DNA of 63,085 nucleotides, the filler included, from Rhabdomonas costata (taxonomy: Eukaryota), in assembly GCA_019059605.1 (NCBI GenBank). It is 42 parts of 42 records of this genome, joined end to end, with 100 filler letters (N's around TTAATTAATTAA, not from the genome) between each part and the next. Parts side by side here need not be neighbours in the genome. Positions count along the whole stretch, not along the records: positions 36,095 to 37,499 come from JAHMHO010016890.1; positions 37,600 to 39,004 come from JAHMHO010016891.1; positions 39,105 to 40,509 come from JAHMHO010016892.1; positions 40,610 to 42,014 come from JAHMHO010016893.1; positions 42,115 to 43,520 come from JAHMHO010016894.1; positions 43,621 to 45,019 come from JAHMHO010016895.1; positions 45,120 to 46,524 come from JAHMHO010016896.1; positions 46,625 to 48,029 come from JAHMHO010016897.1; 34 more parts are not named here. The stretch is one strand, 5' to 3'. The notes beneath the pieces are model-generated. The model did not search any database, had not been told where the DNA came from, and worked only from the letters and a program-made list of their open reading frames with translations. This document shows positions 36,198-49,669 of the stretch, in pieces. Position numbers and translations under genes: made by a program. Numbering within the stretch: position 1 is the stretch's first letter; each line of letters begins with the position of its first letter.

Positions 36198-37480
36198 CCC
36201 TCCGCGGTGTGGGAGCTGCTGTACAGCAACGCCTCTGTGCTGTCACTGGGAATGCTCAAGGCCGTGATCAGGTGATCTTTTGCCCTGCTTCCCGAAACCC
36301 TTCTCCCCTTGTTCTTCTCTTTTTCTCTTTCCAAACCAACTCCGAATCCACAGATGGATGTGAAGGGGGGGGGGGGTTCGTGCCAGCGCCCACCCCGGGG
36401 TGTTCTGCTACGGCGGCGGGGTGGTGTTGACGGACTTCCTGGCGAGGCAATGGACAGAGCTCAGCCCGGAGGCTGCGGAGACGGTCGTGCACCGTTTTTA
36501 CCGCTACATCCTCAGGGACCGGGACGCCGTGGTACCCCACACACACACACACGAACGCGCGCACGTACGCACACGCGCTGGCACGGAAAGATATTGAGGA
36601 TCCAGCAAGAAAAACGAATTGCCAGACCCTGGGCGACGGGTGTGCCCGCATCAGCAGGCAGGACACATGTGGGCCCATTGAGGATTGAGGATAAGACGTG
36701 GCTTTGTATTGCTGAGGGTTGGCCTGCTTTGAATTTCAACATTTGCGACGGAAAAAGTGAGAATCAGGCAGCGCAGCGCATAGACCAGCGATAGTGCCCC
36801 CGGTTTTCAGCCAAAACCCCTCCACCTTCACGTTAGTTGTCACGCAAAACCCGCTCCCGCACGTTTTTTCTATCGGGTTCTCCGAAGGCGGCGCTGCCCG
36901 GGGGTCCAGCCACGGTGGCTCAGGCAGAGAAGGTCGCCGGTGAGTATTCCCAGGCCACAGCCGTGCTGACGGACAAGGCCAACACCACGGACTGCCCTCA
37001 GAAGCTACAGGCCCTCCTTCCACACCACACATGCAGACATTCTTAAAAGAAAAACAGACTCACACCGACCGAGCAGCTCAGGCGTAAGGAAGGTCCGAGG
37101 CGTCACCTCTGTGTTAGCCAGCAATGTGCTCCTTGGAAAGGCGCCGTAATGGGGGCGATTGGCATCCCTTCCTCCGCTGTCACCAGAAGTACGCCAATGC
37201 AGTGTTTGCCCACACAAGCTTTGCTCATCTTTCTCAGTCGGCTGCTCTGTTTGCTTCGTGATATTCGCAAACGGAGAGGGTACCGGTGCGTTGTGCAAGG
37301 GCCTGTGCCTTCCGCTGTGTGTGTTATGGCAGGACCTCGTGGAGAGGTTCCGCCTGGCGCTTTTCGAGCCGCAGCACCTGTGGACAGCAGTGCAGGCCAA
37401 CAACCTGGTTGCAGTGGAGTTCCTGCTGGACAACGGCTGCCCTCCTCTGGTGGCCGAGAACGACTATACCGCCCCCAAGG
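36198..37480 (+). CDS. Ankyrin-repeat-containing protein, three exons
   Basis: Phase-consistent exons 36198..36271, 36387..36531 and 37333..37480. LWTAVQANNLVAVEFLLDNG is ankyrin-like. Confidence 0.6.
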
Positions 37481-37599
37481 GTGCGCACACCCAAAAAAAN
37501 NNNNNNNNNNNNNNNNNNNNNNNNNNNNNNNNNNNNNNNNNNNTTAATTAATTAANNNNNNNNNNNNNNNNNNNNNNNNNNNNNNNNNNNNNNNNNNNN

Positions 37600-38806
37600 T
37601 GTTGGTTGGGGTGCGTCCAGCAGGGCTATCCTGTTGCGCTTTCCTCATCCAAAAGGTGCTGTTCGCAGAGGAGGGGTGCATCCGCGCCCTTCCTCGAGGG
37701 TCGTCTCGGGTCCGCCTCGGAGACCTCACAGCGCAGGTCTCCTTCTCCTGCTGTCTGCGGTTGCTCTCCTGTGGCGAAATGGTAACCGGTGGGAAGCAGA
37801 GAAGTCACACGCAGCATGAAGCCAGAATCGCTTCTGTTAAGTATGTAAAGGAATGCTGCAGTGAGGTGACAGATTAAAGAAATTGGTGGACTTCTCTGCC
37901 CTTTTTTTTTTACATCTAATGCTGCCCCTTCCTCTCTGTTTTTGTGTTGCCAGCCGCCACCGGGATATGTTTTCCCAAAAGTTCTCCCGGGGTTCCTGGA
38001 AGAACGGATTACCCAAAACCAAACGTTTGATGTTGGCGACGAGCGGACCAGTCAGTACCCTTCTTATCCTTCCTACAGGATGTGAGAGAGTTCCTGCAGA
38101 GCCAGGGCCTGGCCCGGCGCATTTTGGACACCGATATGATCCCTGACGAACTCTGCCACGCCATCGGCCGCAAGGCCAGCTACAACCCCACTATGCTGGC
38201 CGAGCTAATGAGGTGGGCTCCTCACTGTGCACCTTCGGTTTTGGCTGGTGAGGACCTTTTTAAGTGAAGATTCCACCTACGGAAAGTGCTCAAGCTTGTT
38301 TTTTGTTACTCAGTCACGTGATGTCTTCCCCGGAGCTGCAGAAAGGAATCTGGACGGACTCCGACGGCATCGTTCGGGTGGATATCCACACCATGGCAGA
38401 GATCCTTGACTACGACTTCGTCGCGTCGCAGAAGGTGTTTGGGGTTTTGTGTCATCACCCCTTCAGTGTGGCAACAAGTGGCGATCACTTAAAAAAAACA
38501 GCCGCAAATGGCCAAACATAACGGCGGAGGGTGACAGGACGGGGTTAAGAGGTGACTGTATGTGTGTTGAGATGCAACATCAATCTCTTGGGGTCTGACC
38601 TCTCGGCTTTGCCCCGTGCAGCACAGCTACTGGAGTTGGAGAATACTCGATGGCAAGTGTGTCTATTTTCATTGCAAGATGGCTCCGCCTTGAACGCGGG
38701 CTTAACGGTTGATGCACCAGAAAGATTCATCTTTCGCCCGCAGATAACGCAGATGGTGGCTCACGGGTTTGACTGCTTGGATGCCCCGGAGCAGATTGTG
38801 TTGAAG
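37600..38806 (+). CDS. STAND-type ATPase region resembling soluble adenylyl cyclase (ADCY10-like), multi-exon
   Basis: Exons ..37736, 38079..38212, 38314..38434, then 38627..38806, probably with an internal intron. IPDELCHAIGRKASYNPTMLAEL corresponds to the GNP motif, and GFDCLDAPEQIVLK to RIDRLxxxxQLxLK. Confidence 0.6.
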
Positions 38807-41800
38807 GTCTATTTAGCTTTGCTGTGAGTTTTTGTTGCTGGGAGTGGTGGTGGGGTGCCGTCGGCAAAAAAAATGAAGATTCGAAGCTTGTCATCGGTGC
38901 AAATCAGAAGCCTGTTTTTTTTTTCGAAGCTGATGACTTTCACGTCGCAATGGCAGTGATGGATAGGGTTAAGCGTTTAAATACCAAAAGGAATCCCGTC
39001 AATANNNNNNNNNNNNNNNNNNNNNNNNNNNNNNNNNNNNNNNNNNNNTTAATTAATTAANNNNNNNNNNNNNNNNNNNNNNNNNNNNNNNNNNNNNNNN
39101 NNNNGTTGGTGGGTGTTAGTGAGAGGCGCACATTATGAAATGATGTGAGCTATCGGGGCACCGGCATAGAGGGAAGGGGAGGCCATGGATTTCCGCAGCT
39201 TTCATCGGAACCTTAAAATCCACCTGTAGAAATATGCAAGAAAAATAACGGCCACCTCCTAGGGGTCCTGGTTACCGGTTTACCCCCATGAGACGAATGC
39301 CATCACCCCATAACCTCTCTTTAGAAGTTTAGGCGATATATGCCTTCCGTTACGCAAAACTCCATTGCTTACCACCCACTAGCAGCATCAGCAGGTAGCA
39401 ATGCCCTTTGTCCAATCTTCTCGGAAATGGGAAATGACCGTAACTCAGACGCACCTGTACTTACTCTTGGGTCCACAGCCGGCTCGGCGTGCGTGCTCTC
39501 GAGATCCCGAGTGTCATTGGGAGCCACCTGGCAGCGCTGCTTTCGCCCTGCGTGCAGTAGAAGGGGCCATCCCACGGAACCCCTGGGAGTGTGCAGCACT
39601 ACTGGCGCTGCTACGTTTTACACTACCAACCAATCAGCCAACTGATCCAAATGGCGAGAAGAAAAACTGCGCGAGCAACCCGTGACTGTAATGGCTCAGA
39701 AAAGTACAGGGTCATGAACCAAACTGCAAAAATTTGTCCGAGGCGCTGTCAAAACGTGGAAGAGGTACACGCAGTGGAATGACGCAATGGAAGATAGAAG
39801 GGGGAAAGGGAAGATCTGCTCGTATGACTGCAGGAAGAGGCGTCGAAAGGAGTGGAAGCATGAGCGAAAGAGACAGGGACTCAGCCGTACCTCACGTTTG
39901 AAAAGGTAGGGTAGCGGGGGACCTTGCGAGGCAAGAAAGGGTCCAAAAGTGCTTTGTTGTGTGTTGGTGTCCTGTTTATCGGCTGCGGTACTTGAACTAT
40001 GACGGACATGCATTTAGAGAAATCACAGCAGTACAGTACAGCCCGTTTAGTGGTGCCAAGGCCCCCCCCAAAATTGCCCGTTTCACCTCAAAACTGAGAG
40101 GCGGAAAAACGATTACATGAACAGATACGTATTCTTGACTTTCAAAGATTTGGAGTGGGACGTTTTTGTTTTCACTTGTATTGCCTGCGTATAACGCGCG
40201 CAGGCAATGGAGCGTTTTCGGTGACGTTGTGAAGGTGGATTATGGTCCTTTTTCTTGCCCAAAAGAACATAAATGCTTCTCATGATCGCTTAAAGGTCAG
40301 CTGAAGAGTACTGTTCCTTTTGACGTGCACGTTTCTTCAGAGTTTCGAAAAGTTCATATTGTCGTCCGAAAATCACACTCTGAAAGCGAAGAATAATGGC
40401 TCACCACTATCCACCGATTTCCCCAGTACCCTCCCTCTTCACCCTTTACCTGGAAAAAGCACAGAGAAGAACCCGCTACGACATAATGGGGGGGGGGGGA
40501 GGGGGTGCGNNNNNNNNNNNNNNNNNNNNNNNNNNNNNNNNNNNNNNNNNNNNTTAATTAATTAANNNNNNNNNNNNNNNNNNNNNNNNNNNNNNNNNNN
40601 NNNNNNNNNCTGTTCTCCCTGGATGCTCCGTGCTTGATCCCCGCCACCCTCTTTCCCCGCCCCTTCTCTCCTCTCGGCTCCTGGCCCTCTCTCCCTCGTT
40701 CCCTGTCTCTCTCGCTCGCTCCCGTTGCTGTTGCACTCTCTCTGGCGGTGCTTCCTTCGAATGACGACTATGGTTGTGTGTGTGTGTGTGTGTGTGCGTT
40801 CGTAGGGCTTGCGGCCATAGAGGGTGAAGTGAGCAAAGTTGGTATGTGTTAATGCCGAATACCGGATTCTAAAAAAACCCAGCTAGCCTCCCGTTAAGGA
40901 ACGGCTGGTTCTTTTGAAGCGGAATCATTCAGCTTGGTAGCGTGATGGTGAAATGAGCAAATCTGGTGGGTGTCAAAGCAGAATACCGGAGAGTTACCCG
41001 CTATCCTCCAGGAGTGGAGAAGCCGCATCGCATTACATCCTGGTCAAAGAGCAAACTGTTTTTCTTTCTACATGGTGAACGCGTCACTGGGTTTGGCGTC
41101 TCCCTCGGGGTCGCTTTTTTCATCCTTGGTTGTTTCCAGTGCTGAGCTACAGGCGAGAGCACGCCAACTAATCGCGGCAAGAAGGGCAGGCGCTGACGGA
41201 GGGGAAGTGGAGCGAGTCCCCCACCTGCTTTTGAGAAAGGTGGCTTAAAGTACGTAGCTGCCCCCAGCACGATAATTCTCCTCGGACTGCGCCACTCATA
41301 CCAGGAGCAAAACCGCCGCCCAGACTTCCGGGCGGCGACCAGATCCCGCCGCAACAACCTTGCCAACCTCTCTTCGAACTGCTTGACAACCTACCGCAGC
41401 GGCTTTGTATGCACCTGTCGAGGAGCAGGCGGGAAGAAACCTGGATGTTCTCTAGCGAGAGTGTCTGGGCCGGTACGAGGATACTGCCGTTGTCTTACCT
41501 TGCTTTCCACTCCGCAGTGAAGTAGGAGCTGGATGACAAGGGCAAAGGTAGCTGGGCATAACGGGTGCCTTGGATCTCTTGCTAGAGAAGAGCACGCTTT
41601 CTCAGTCAAGTGCTTATTCTGAGGAGAGGGGCAGCCGTTACACGTGTGACGTCGTTAACGTATAAAGACGTAGTAAACGGCTTTCCTCACAGTCGCCGCA
41701 GAAGAGTGGGTAAAGGTCGGCCGTGGGTGAAATTAAACTAAGATTGGAGCTGTCATGCACACTACTCCGAATGGCTGCTCGGACGAAGGTGTTAAATGCG

Positions 41801-42114
41801 TTGGAACAGCCATTCAAAGCTGACGAGGTGTCAAGCAAGAAGCCGAGCGCGACGCGCCAACCATTCGCCCGACGCCAGCGCTGAGGCGACGCAGATTTCA
41901 CCCAACGCCACTGGCTGCTGGCCAGGTCGGTCTCCACAGTCTCAACGGTTTCAAATTAATAGCGTCCGCCCCGCTCGGCTGGCATGAACTTTCTCTGTTC
42001 AAAGGCAAAAAACCNNNNNNNNNNNNNNNNNNNNNNNNNNNNNNNNNNNNNNNNNNNNTTAATTAATTAANNNNNNNNNNNNNNNNNNNNNNNNNNNNNN
42101 NNNNNNNNNNNNNN

Positions 42115-43520
42115 TTCTGTGGGCACCCTCCCCGTGGTGGAAACTGCTCAGTTTTTTGCACGGTGGGGTGTGTGGTTCCTTGATGACGGCCACCTGATGG
42201 GCACACCCACTCAACTCTCCCAAGCCCTCGCCGCCCTCCTCCCCGTTCTTGAACACCACGGCCTTTCCCTGAATTGGTCCAAGTCCCGCGTGTGGGGGGA
42301 TTCCTCTCTCTTTCCCGATGGCTCTTTGCTGCACCGTCTCTCTGCAGTTCCTCTCACACAGGGCATCACGGTTCTGGGGTCTTATGTGGGCCCCCCCACC
42401 CACTTCGAGGACTTCTGCACAAAGAGATTAGCCGGGTTGGAGGGTTTCTTGGAGCGGCTGGTTGCGTTAGACTGTCCGCAAACCTCCTTGCTTCTACTGC
42501 GTTCGTGTCTGGGGGCATGCAAACTTTCCTACGCGGCACGCACAATCCCTTTCGCCCTGCTTGAGCCCGCTTTGCGCACTTGCTCATCCTTTGTTCGCGA
42601 CGCGCTGTGCCAATGTCTCGGGTGTCCCATATCGGATGGTCAGTGGGCTCAAGCCTGCATCTCACTTTCTTGTGGCGGGCTTGGCATCAGTGACCCCCTT
42701 TCGATGGGTCCTGTGGCCTTTCTCTCCGGGGCTCTGTGTTTTGCTTACGAGGCATCGACAGTGGGGTGGGACCGTGCACTCACATTCCCCTGTGGGTTCG
42801 GGGACGCTGCACGACACGTTCAAGCTCAGCTCGGGGACTCCTCGGAGACCCTCCGCCAGTGGCTGGTGGCTGGATCTCTTCCCCCCCTTGGGCCCAAAGA
42901 ACGCGCCCCCCTGCTGCTGCAGTCCACATGGAGCAGCCTGCTGTCCCAGCACCGCCTTTCTCTCTGGGACGTCCAAGCTCCGCCCCGCGAGCAGTTCCGC
43001 AGGCTCTGTCAGGCCCAGCCGCACGCCTCGGCCTGGCTAAGCGCACCCCCCAGTGCCGCCCTCGGCCTCCTCTTCGCCCCGACTGATTTCCAGCTGCTCT
43101 GCCGGCGCTGGCTCGGGGTCCCCGTTTTTTCCTCCCTGGAAGCTGCCCTATGCCCAGCCTGCGGCGCCCAGGGAGACACCCACGGGGACCACGTGCTGTG
43201 CTGCGCAGCTCTGGGTCGGTACGCGCGACACACGGCCCTGGTTGACGCCCTGGTGCGCGTTGCCGAAGCGGCGGGCTTCACCTGCCTTCGGGAACAAGGC
43301 GTTGATCAGTCCAGGCAGCGGCCCGGGGACTTCGTCATTCTCGGGTTCGACGGTGGGGTGGACTTGGCCGTGGACGCATCCGTGGTGCATCCCCTGCAGC
43401 TGCAGGCGGACTTTGGTAAGGACTGCGGGGCAGTGGCCGCTCGCCGAGAGCAACAGAAGGACGAGCAGTACCTCGTCCGCTGCCACAGGGCCGGCGTGCG
43501 CTTCGCCTCGGTGGTCGGGG
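42115..43520 (+). mobile_element. CRE/SLACS-like non-LTR retrotransposon: RT C-terminal half, CCHC knuckle and restriction-like endonuclease; frame uninterrupted
   Basis: WFLDDG, VLGSYVG, CKLSYAART, GGLGI, HASAWL, CPACG..GDHVLCC, RH, RPGD...VDASV, E..K..Y in one open frame across the contig. Confidence 0.92.
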
Positions 43521-45588
43521 NNNNNNNNNNNNNNNNNNNNNNNNNNNNNNNNNNNNNNNNNNNNTTAATTAATTAANNNNNNNNNNNNNNNNNNNNNNNN
43601 NNNNNNNNNNNNNNNNNNNNGGGGGGTGTGTTTGGGTGGTTTGGGTGGAGGTCCTTAATTCGTGTTCCAGTTTTCCTGTCTGAGTGTAGGGGTGCTGGGG
43701 GAATAGGACTCCTTTCCCCTTTCCCCCTTTCCATCTGCTTTCTGAGCGCTCTCTGCTGTTTTCTTCTTCTATAGGGGAGGGGGTGCGTCTGACAGCTTTT
43801 TTACGTCCCAGGTCGGACGTTTCCGGCCAGTTTTCACGGCTGTCAGCTGTAACATTTCTTTTGCCTGGTGCAGAATCACTTTCCGCACACAGGCACTCGC
43901 ACACAATTTTAGTTTTTTTTTGCAGCTGTGGCTTGGTGCCGGCCTGGTGGCTCCCCCGTCCCGGTTTTATGTCGGTTGTTTCCAGCGTCCGGAAGCCGTG
44001 GATCCTCGTCTTTGTCACCTCCTGGTGCGTACCTTCTTTTTGGAAAACTTGTGCTACTCTCTCCTGTGCTTTGTTATTTTTGCTTAGGGTTGCAAAGAGA
44101 GCATGTCACAAAGGGCTGGACATGTTTTTGAACGGAGAAACGGTGAAGGGGAACCAGGGATTGCGCTGCGCTCTCCCTGGGAGTTTGACCCAACATCCGA
44201 GCATGGCGGCTGTTTGGGGCCAGGTTAAGAGACTTGTCGCTGTGACTGATGAAAATGAGGTGCCGTCGCGTTTGCATCCCTTTCTTTATCTGCGGGGGTT
44301 TTGATGTTCACGAAATTACGTGACGGGGTGGTGCTTTTGGTATGTGGTGATGTGGGTGCGCAGCGGTATGACGCCCACCTCCTTTCACCCGATCGAGAAC
44401 TCTCTCTGCGGTGCTCTGTACCGCACTGTGCGGTTGCACCGACTTTTTTCTTTTCGTGTACAGACAGTTTTTACAGTCGCTCGTGCTTGTGTGGGCTTCT
44501 GGTCCTTGCTGCTCTCTGGATGTTGGAGTGCGTGGCAAGCACTCAAGCAAACTCAGTGCCCCTTTGGTGAGCATATCAACAATGTTTTCTGAAAATCATG
44601 TCATCCCTTTTTTATTACGGGGTGGCTCGAGGGGGTGTGGGAGAGACCCAGCCAGAGGAACTGGTTGTCTTCACTGTACACAAGACTGCCCGTTGCACGT
44701 TGCCAGACACCAGTCCACCTTTCCGATGGGAAAATATGAGCTCTGCCTCAGGAAAACGCCCGTCCTTCAGCATTTATAGCCAAGTATTCCTTCGCGCCGA
44801 CCTTTTTCTTTCCGCAGGTGTATTTTTGAAACGTCTCCTTCAGTTTTGTGTGAGTAGCTCGGTCGGTTTTTCCAGTCTTTTTTACTTCCACTCTTTTTCT
44901 TTGTATGCCGCCTCAGCCGCAAGAGATTCATGCGGCGGTCGTCTCCGACCTTCTCCAGACTGAGCACCACCGTGCCCAGCAGCAACGCACCCAAGTGCTG
45001 GAGCAGTTTCTAAAAAACANNNNNNNNNNNNNNNNNNNNNNNNNNNNNNNNNNNNNNNNNNNNTTAATTAATTAANNNNNNNNNNNNNNNNNNNNNNNNN
45101 NNNNNNNNNNNNNNNNNNNTTGTTTGGTGAAAAATGCCCATTTTGCTAGGGTTTGTCCCATTTTAGCATTTCAGGGCATTTTTCACCAAAAATTCGACCC
45201 CCCCCTGCCCCCGTATGGTCAATCTTGGATCGGAAACTATGGTGGTAGTATGTCCCTCCAGGCCCTGCGCTTTTTCGGGACCAATATTGACCGGCGGGGG
45301 AAGGGGGTAACGAGATACCCACTTATTGTCCATTTTAAGCCCCTCTTTATTTGGAGTTTTGTCAATGTCCAAGCCGATTGCGCGGCAGCAATCGCAATGG
45401 TAAGTATCCAACCCACCCCCTCCGGCACAACAAATCTGCCTCTGATGCGTGAAACGGTTACAATTGCACCGTTTTGCAGTCTGTGCTATCTCGATTGATC
45501 AAAAGGAACAACATTTTTCCGCGTAAAAAAGGAAAAGGCCAGTCACAAGCACGTGGCTGATGGAAGTCGCAAAAGAAAAAAGCCGCAC

Positions 45589-46281
45589 CGCGATGATCAG
45601 CAGGGCAATGGAGTCCACCAGGGAGATCTCCACCGGCAGGTGGCCCTCGTACAGGTAGTACAGCACCTGCCCAAATCCGGCGCCGCATTAGTGTACATCA
45701 AAGAAAAGAAACCTTGGGCCTCCCCTTTCAATTCTCCATTACCCAAAAACCGTCGCGCAGCGAAAGGCGGCTCGCAAACTAGTTCCGTCCAGATCGAGCT
45801 CTGCTAAAAGGGTCCAGCCTGAATGTTTCCGGCTCTGCACGCAAGGTGCAAAAAATGGTTCTTCCAGGACCAGCTTTTCAAAATCCTGAAACGCCCGCAA
45901 CGCTCTCCAAGTGGCCTGGAAGTATTCGAAGCACAGTTTGCAAGTTCCCCGATGTACCTGAGGGAAGACCTGCTCGACGTCGCAAGGAAAGGTCAGGGAG
46001 CAGCACAGCGGCTGCTCCTTCGGGGTAGAGGACGAGGGGGGGACACCCGCACCAAGGTGTTCTGAGGTCGCCGGTAAGACAGCGCTCTCGCCAAAGAACT
46101 TTCGGAAGTACTCAGAGCGGTATGCCAGCACAACACGATGGCAACGAAATTGTTGCGGGGCAACCTCGACGACACAGTCGGCAAACTCCTGGCTCCGGAA
46201 GAACTCGTACAGCCCCATTTTCAGGTATGCGGGGGAGGGCGGCCCCCCAAGCTGGAACTCTACCACTCGATCCGAAAAGAA
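45589..46281 (-). CDS. BTB/POZ domain protein, two exons
   Basis: Exons 46281..45958 and 45666..45589. FADCVVEV..QQFRCHRVVLAYRSEYFRKFF...FPQ|VLYYLYEG. Confidence 0.9.
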
Positions 46282-49054
46282 CTAATCGTCAAATACGAAA
46301 AAGTTCTGGTCTTCGGCGCGTCTTCTGCAAATAAAAAGATTGCTGTGAAACTTAACTAAAATGACTGCAACCCTAGTGCAAAATGTATAAATTGGGTTTT
46401 TGTGTGAAAAGTGCATCGAAAACGACTATCCTGAGGCATGTTAGCGGTACCCATGTCCCACGCCCCTCTTCCCTCTCGGCGCACAGTCCCACTTTCATTC
46501 TCGTGCTTTGTGGTGCACCACACANNNNNNNNNNNNNNNNNNNNNNNNNNNNNNNNNNNNNNNNNNNNTTAATTAATTAANNNNNNNNNNNNNNNNNNNN
46601 NNNNNNNNNNNNNNNNNNNNNNNNTGTGTTTTTTGGCTAAGAAGTTGGTTATTGCGTGGGACCGAGGGTTTGCGTTGGTTAGTGGCTGGTAAGTCATTTT
46701 TCAGCAGCGTGTGGGGCATACGTTCCGTTCCGTTCGCAGCGTTTCTCTTAATTCCCGATGCAGACTCAAAGACATTTGAACATAGTAGTGTGGTACGGCA
46801 AAGAGCGTATGGCGGAGTTCCTGCGTAGCAGCTCCCCGGGCTGAGGCGTGAGAGTGCTTCGCCGGGAGAGGGGGCGGAGTGATGTTCGACCAAGTCGGAC
46901 GCTGCTGGGTGTTCAAGTTCAGGCGGCACGGGGCTTGGTGCCGTGCCCCCTGCCGGGTCCAAGGGGCAGGAGGCGCTCGAAGGGGCCGTAGTGGTAGTTC
47001 TGCGGGTCATACGGTTATCCCCGGGTCAAGCTGCGAAGCACTAGCGCATGAAGGCTTGAATAATACGGTTCGCATTATGCCAAAAGCTCCGCAAGATGGG
47101 ATTGATCCGAACGGTGCGACCAAGTAGGGGCTGTTCCCCGTGGTTGGTTGGGCTGTGCCTTTGGTTCGGCAACAACGCATTCGAAGCACACATCCTTGCG
47201 ATAGCCTCGGTCGGGAGATGCGGCGAATAACAGCGGTTGTGCGCGACTTTTCCTTTTTCTCTTCTGGTCGTGGTTTTCAAATTCCCCATCGGATGCCATT
47301 CTCCCAAACAAAATGGGCCCCACTGTGGGAATGCGTGCGCCGACCACCCGCTGCCCACATCCCGGCGTTCCTAGTGTCATTTATAGGGGTAACGCCCCAC
47401 CACGGCCCAGCGGCACCCCGCCATGTGAAAAGCTTTTTCTATCTTTTGCTCCCTCTGTTTAAAGCGCGTAACCCCGCCACAATAAAACGCTCCAAATTTT
47501 CAATTGTCGTACCGCGGCATACATAAAGGAAAACAGGTCCGGCAGAACGAGCGCGGAAGACATTAAAGGAAAATAGGCCGCACATGACCATCACGCCTAT
47601 TACCCACCACAACCCCTTTCACATCATTGGATAGAAAGCAAGGTATGGTCCGTTTAAGTTAACCTTTTTCCGCCCCTTCCCGCCCTGCTGACCTTTCCCG
47701 TCTGGTGTTTTTTTGGGGGGTTTCTGCTCGCCACGTTTTGTCCGTTTTTTCCCCAGAACATGTCGGGATGCTGAAACTTCGCATCAGTCGGAACAATTAA
47801 TTGACCCTTGCGATTTCCAAGTTTATTAAAGTTGATCGACTATTCCCCCCCACCATTGCCCAATGAGTTAGAAACGTTTCCACAACAACACACGCGTGAT
47901 GCCACGTCATGTGTACTCTAAGTGTCCGACGCGATGTCAACGTAAAAATCCCACACTCAATTAGTAGCGCCTCCTACAGTGATTTAAACACTTTCCCGCC
48001 TGCTTTCTTCAAATCCAATGGCATTTATTNNNNNNNNNNNNNNNNNNNNNNNNNNNNNNNNNNNNNNNNNNNNTTAATTAATTAANNNNNNNNNNNNNNN
48101 NNNNNNNNNNNNNNNNNNNNNNNNNNNNNTTTTTTTGGTTCAGTTCTCTGTTCAGCTTCTTTTTTTTGAGCGTAAGGTTTGGCGGTGATTTATTTTCTTT
48201 TTCCTTCCGTGTGGACTGGTCCCTTTTTGGTCGTTGCCCCCATTTCATTCAGTGCTTCGGTCATGCCCCCTATCCACTGGTGGTGGACGGTGGGGATACT
48301 CTTTGCAGTGGCTCTTGCGGAGCCGTCACCGGCGAGCCGCACTGCATTCACGCCGCAACAGCGTACGCCCCCCCTCCCCTCCTGCTGCGAGCGGTGTTGT
48401 CGGGAAGTGACCTTCCCTTTGCACCAGAAAAGTTGTTGAGTGGGGGAAAGGAGGCGTTGTCAGAGGACTCTGCAGTTTTTCACGAAGTATGCACCGCATG
48501 TCTTGCTAGAGAGCATTTTAGGATTTGCGCAGGGACTGCTCTGGGAATGGTTAGCAGGGGTTATTCTTTGGTCCTGTGTGCCAGAAGTTTGTAATGCACA
48601 CTCGCACTTTGTGTGGATGTGCAGTGCACGTCGTAACGTTGCCCGGGAGAGGGGCCCAATGGCGAAGCATCACAGCTTGCGCCCTGGAGCGGGATTCTTG
48701 GAATCATCTGGAAGGTATTAAAGGAGGCCGCAGTGAGGCTAGCTTCCTTCCAGTCCCAAAATTACGCAACTTACGAAACCGTCACACATGCTCCTCCTGC
48801 ACACATCCATTTTCACCGCCGCATCTGGTGCAGGCACAAGTTGCCACGCAATCGCGTGTCACTGTTCTTCAGGTAGGTGTTTCTTCCACCTCCACCAGCC
48901 CGAACCCCGCAGTCAGGCACTCCTTCTTCTCTATTTCTTCAATTTCGCGCGTGCACGCACACACACATTTGTCTCCTCTGAATTCCGTCTGAATCAGCCG
49001 ACCTCCCATCTTCTCCGGCCCACCTGCGCTGAACCGCGACCCGCGCATGCGCAG

Positions 49055-49348
49055 GTTGCAGCGTGAGAATCAGCGGCCGCACGGGGGTGAACTCCGCGAT
49101 AAACGGCGACTACACCTACTACGGGCTCAACTTGGGCAAGCCCTACTACTGGAACAGCCCCACCACCTACTACATTTACTATACCAGCACGTACATGTGG
49201 ACCATTGGCACCAGTCTGGGGTCCACCTCGGGGGTGCTGGCGTACTCCCGCCAAGCGGCCGCCACGCCAGAGGTCAGCAACGCCACTTGGAATGTCAGCA
49301 CTGGGTCTTCGTTCAGCTCGGACAGCCTTGTGATTTGCCGCTGCATTG
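49055..49348 (+). CDS. Symmetric (phase 1-1) exon encoding a Tyr/Trp-rich beta-type extracellular module
   Basis: CSVRISG...INGDY...GKPYY...YIYY....WTIG..LG...LAY....TP....W. Acceptor gcag, donor gtatg, 294 nt. Confidence 0.65.
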
Positions 49349-49669
49349 GTATGCGTTTTGGAGGGATGGACAGCATAGTTCCGCCATGGATAGGTTAGTT
49401 CGGACAACCCCCATGCCATAATTGCCTAAAACAACCTGAACCCCCACCGCGAATTCAGTTCCATTTCAACCGATCAGAGGGTAGTTTACGGTGGATCATC
49501 TCTGTTTCCCGCGGCTTCTGCTCACCCACCCCCCNNNNNNNNNNNNNNNNNNNNNNNNNNNNNNNNNNNNNNNNNNNNTTAATTAATTAANNNNNNNNNN
49601 NNNNNNNNNNNNNNNNNNNNNNNNNNNNNNNNNNGGGTTGGGGTGTTGTTCGTTCCGAAAGAAAACGGG

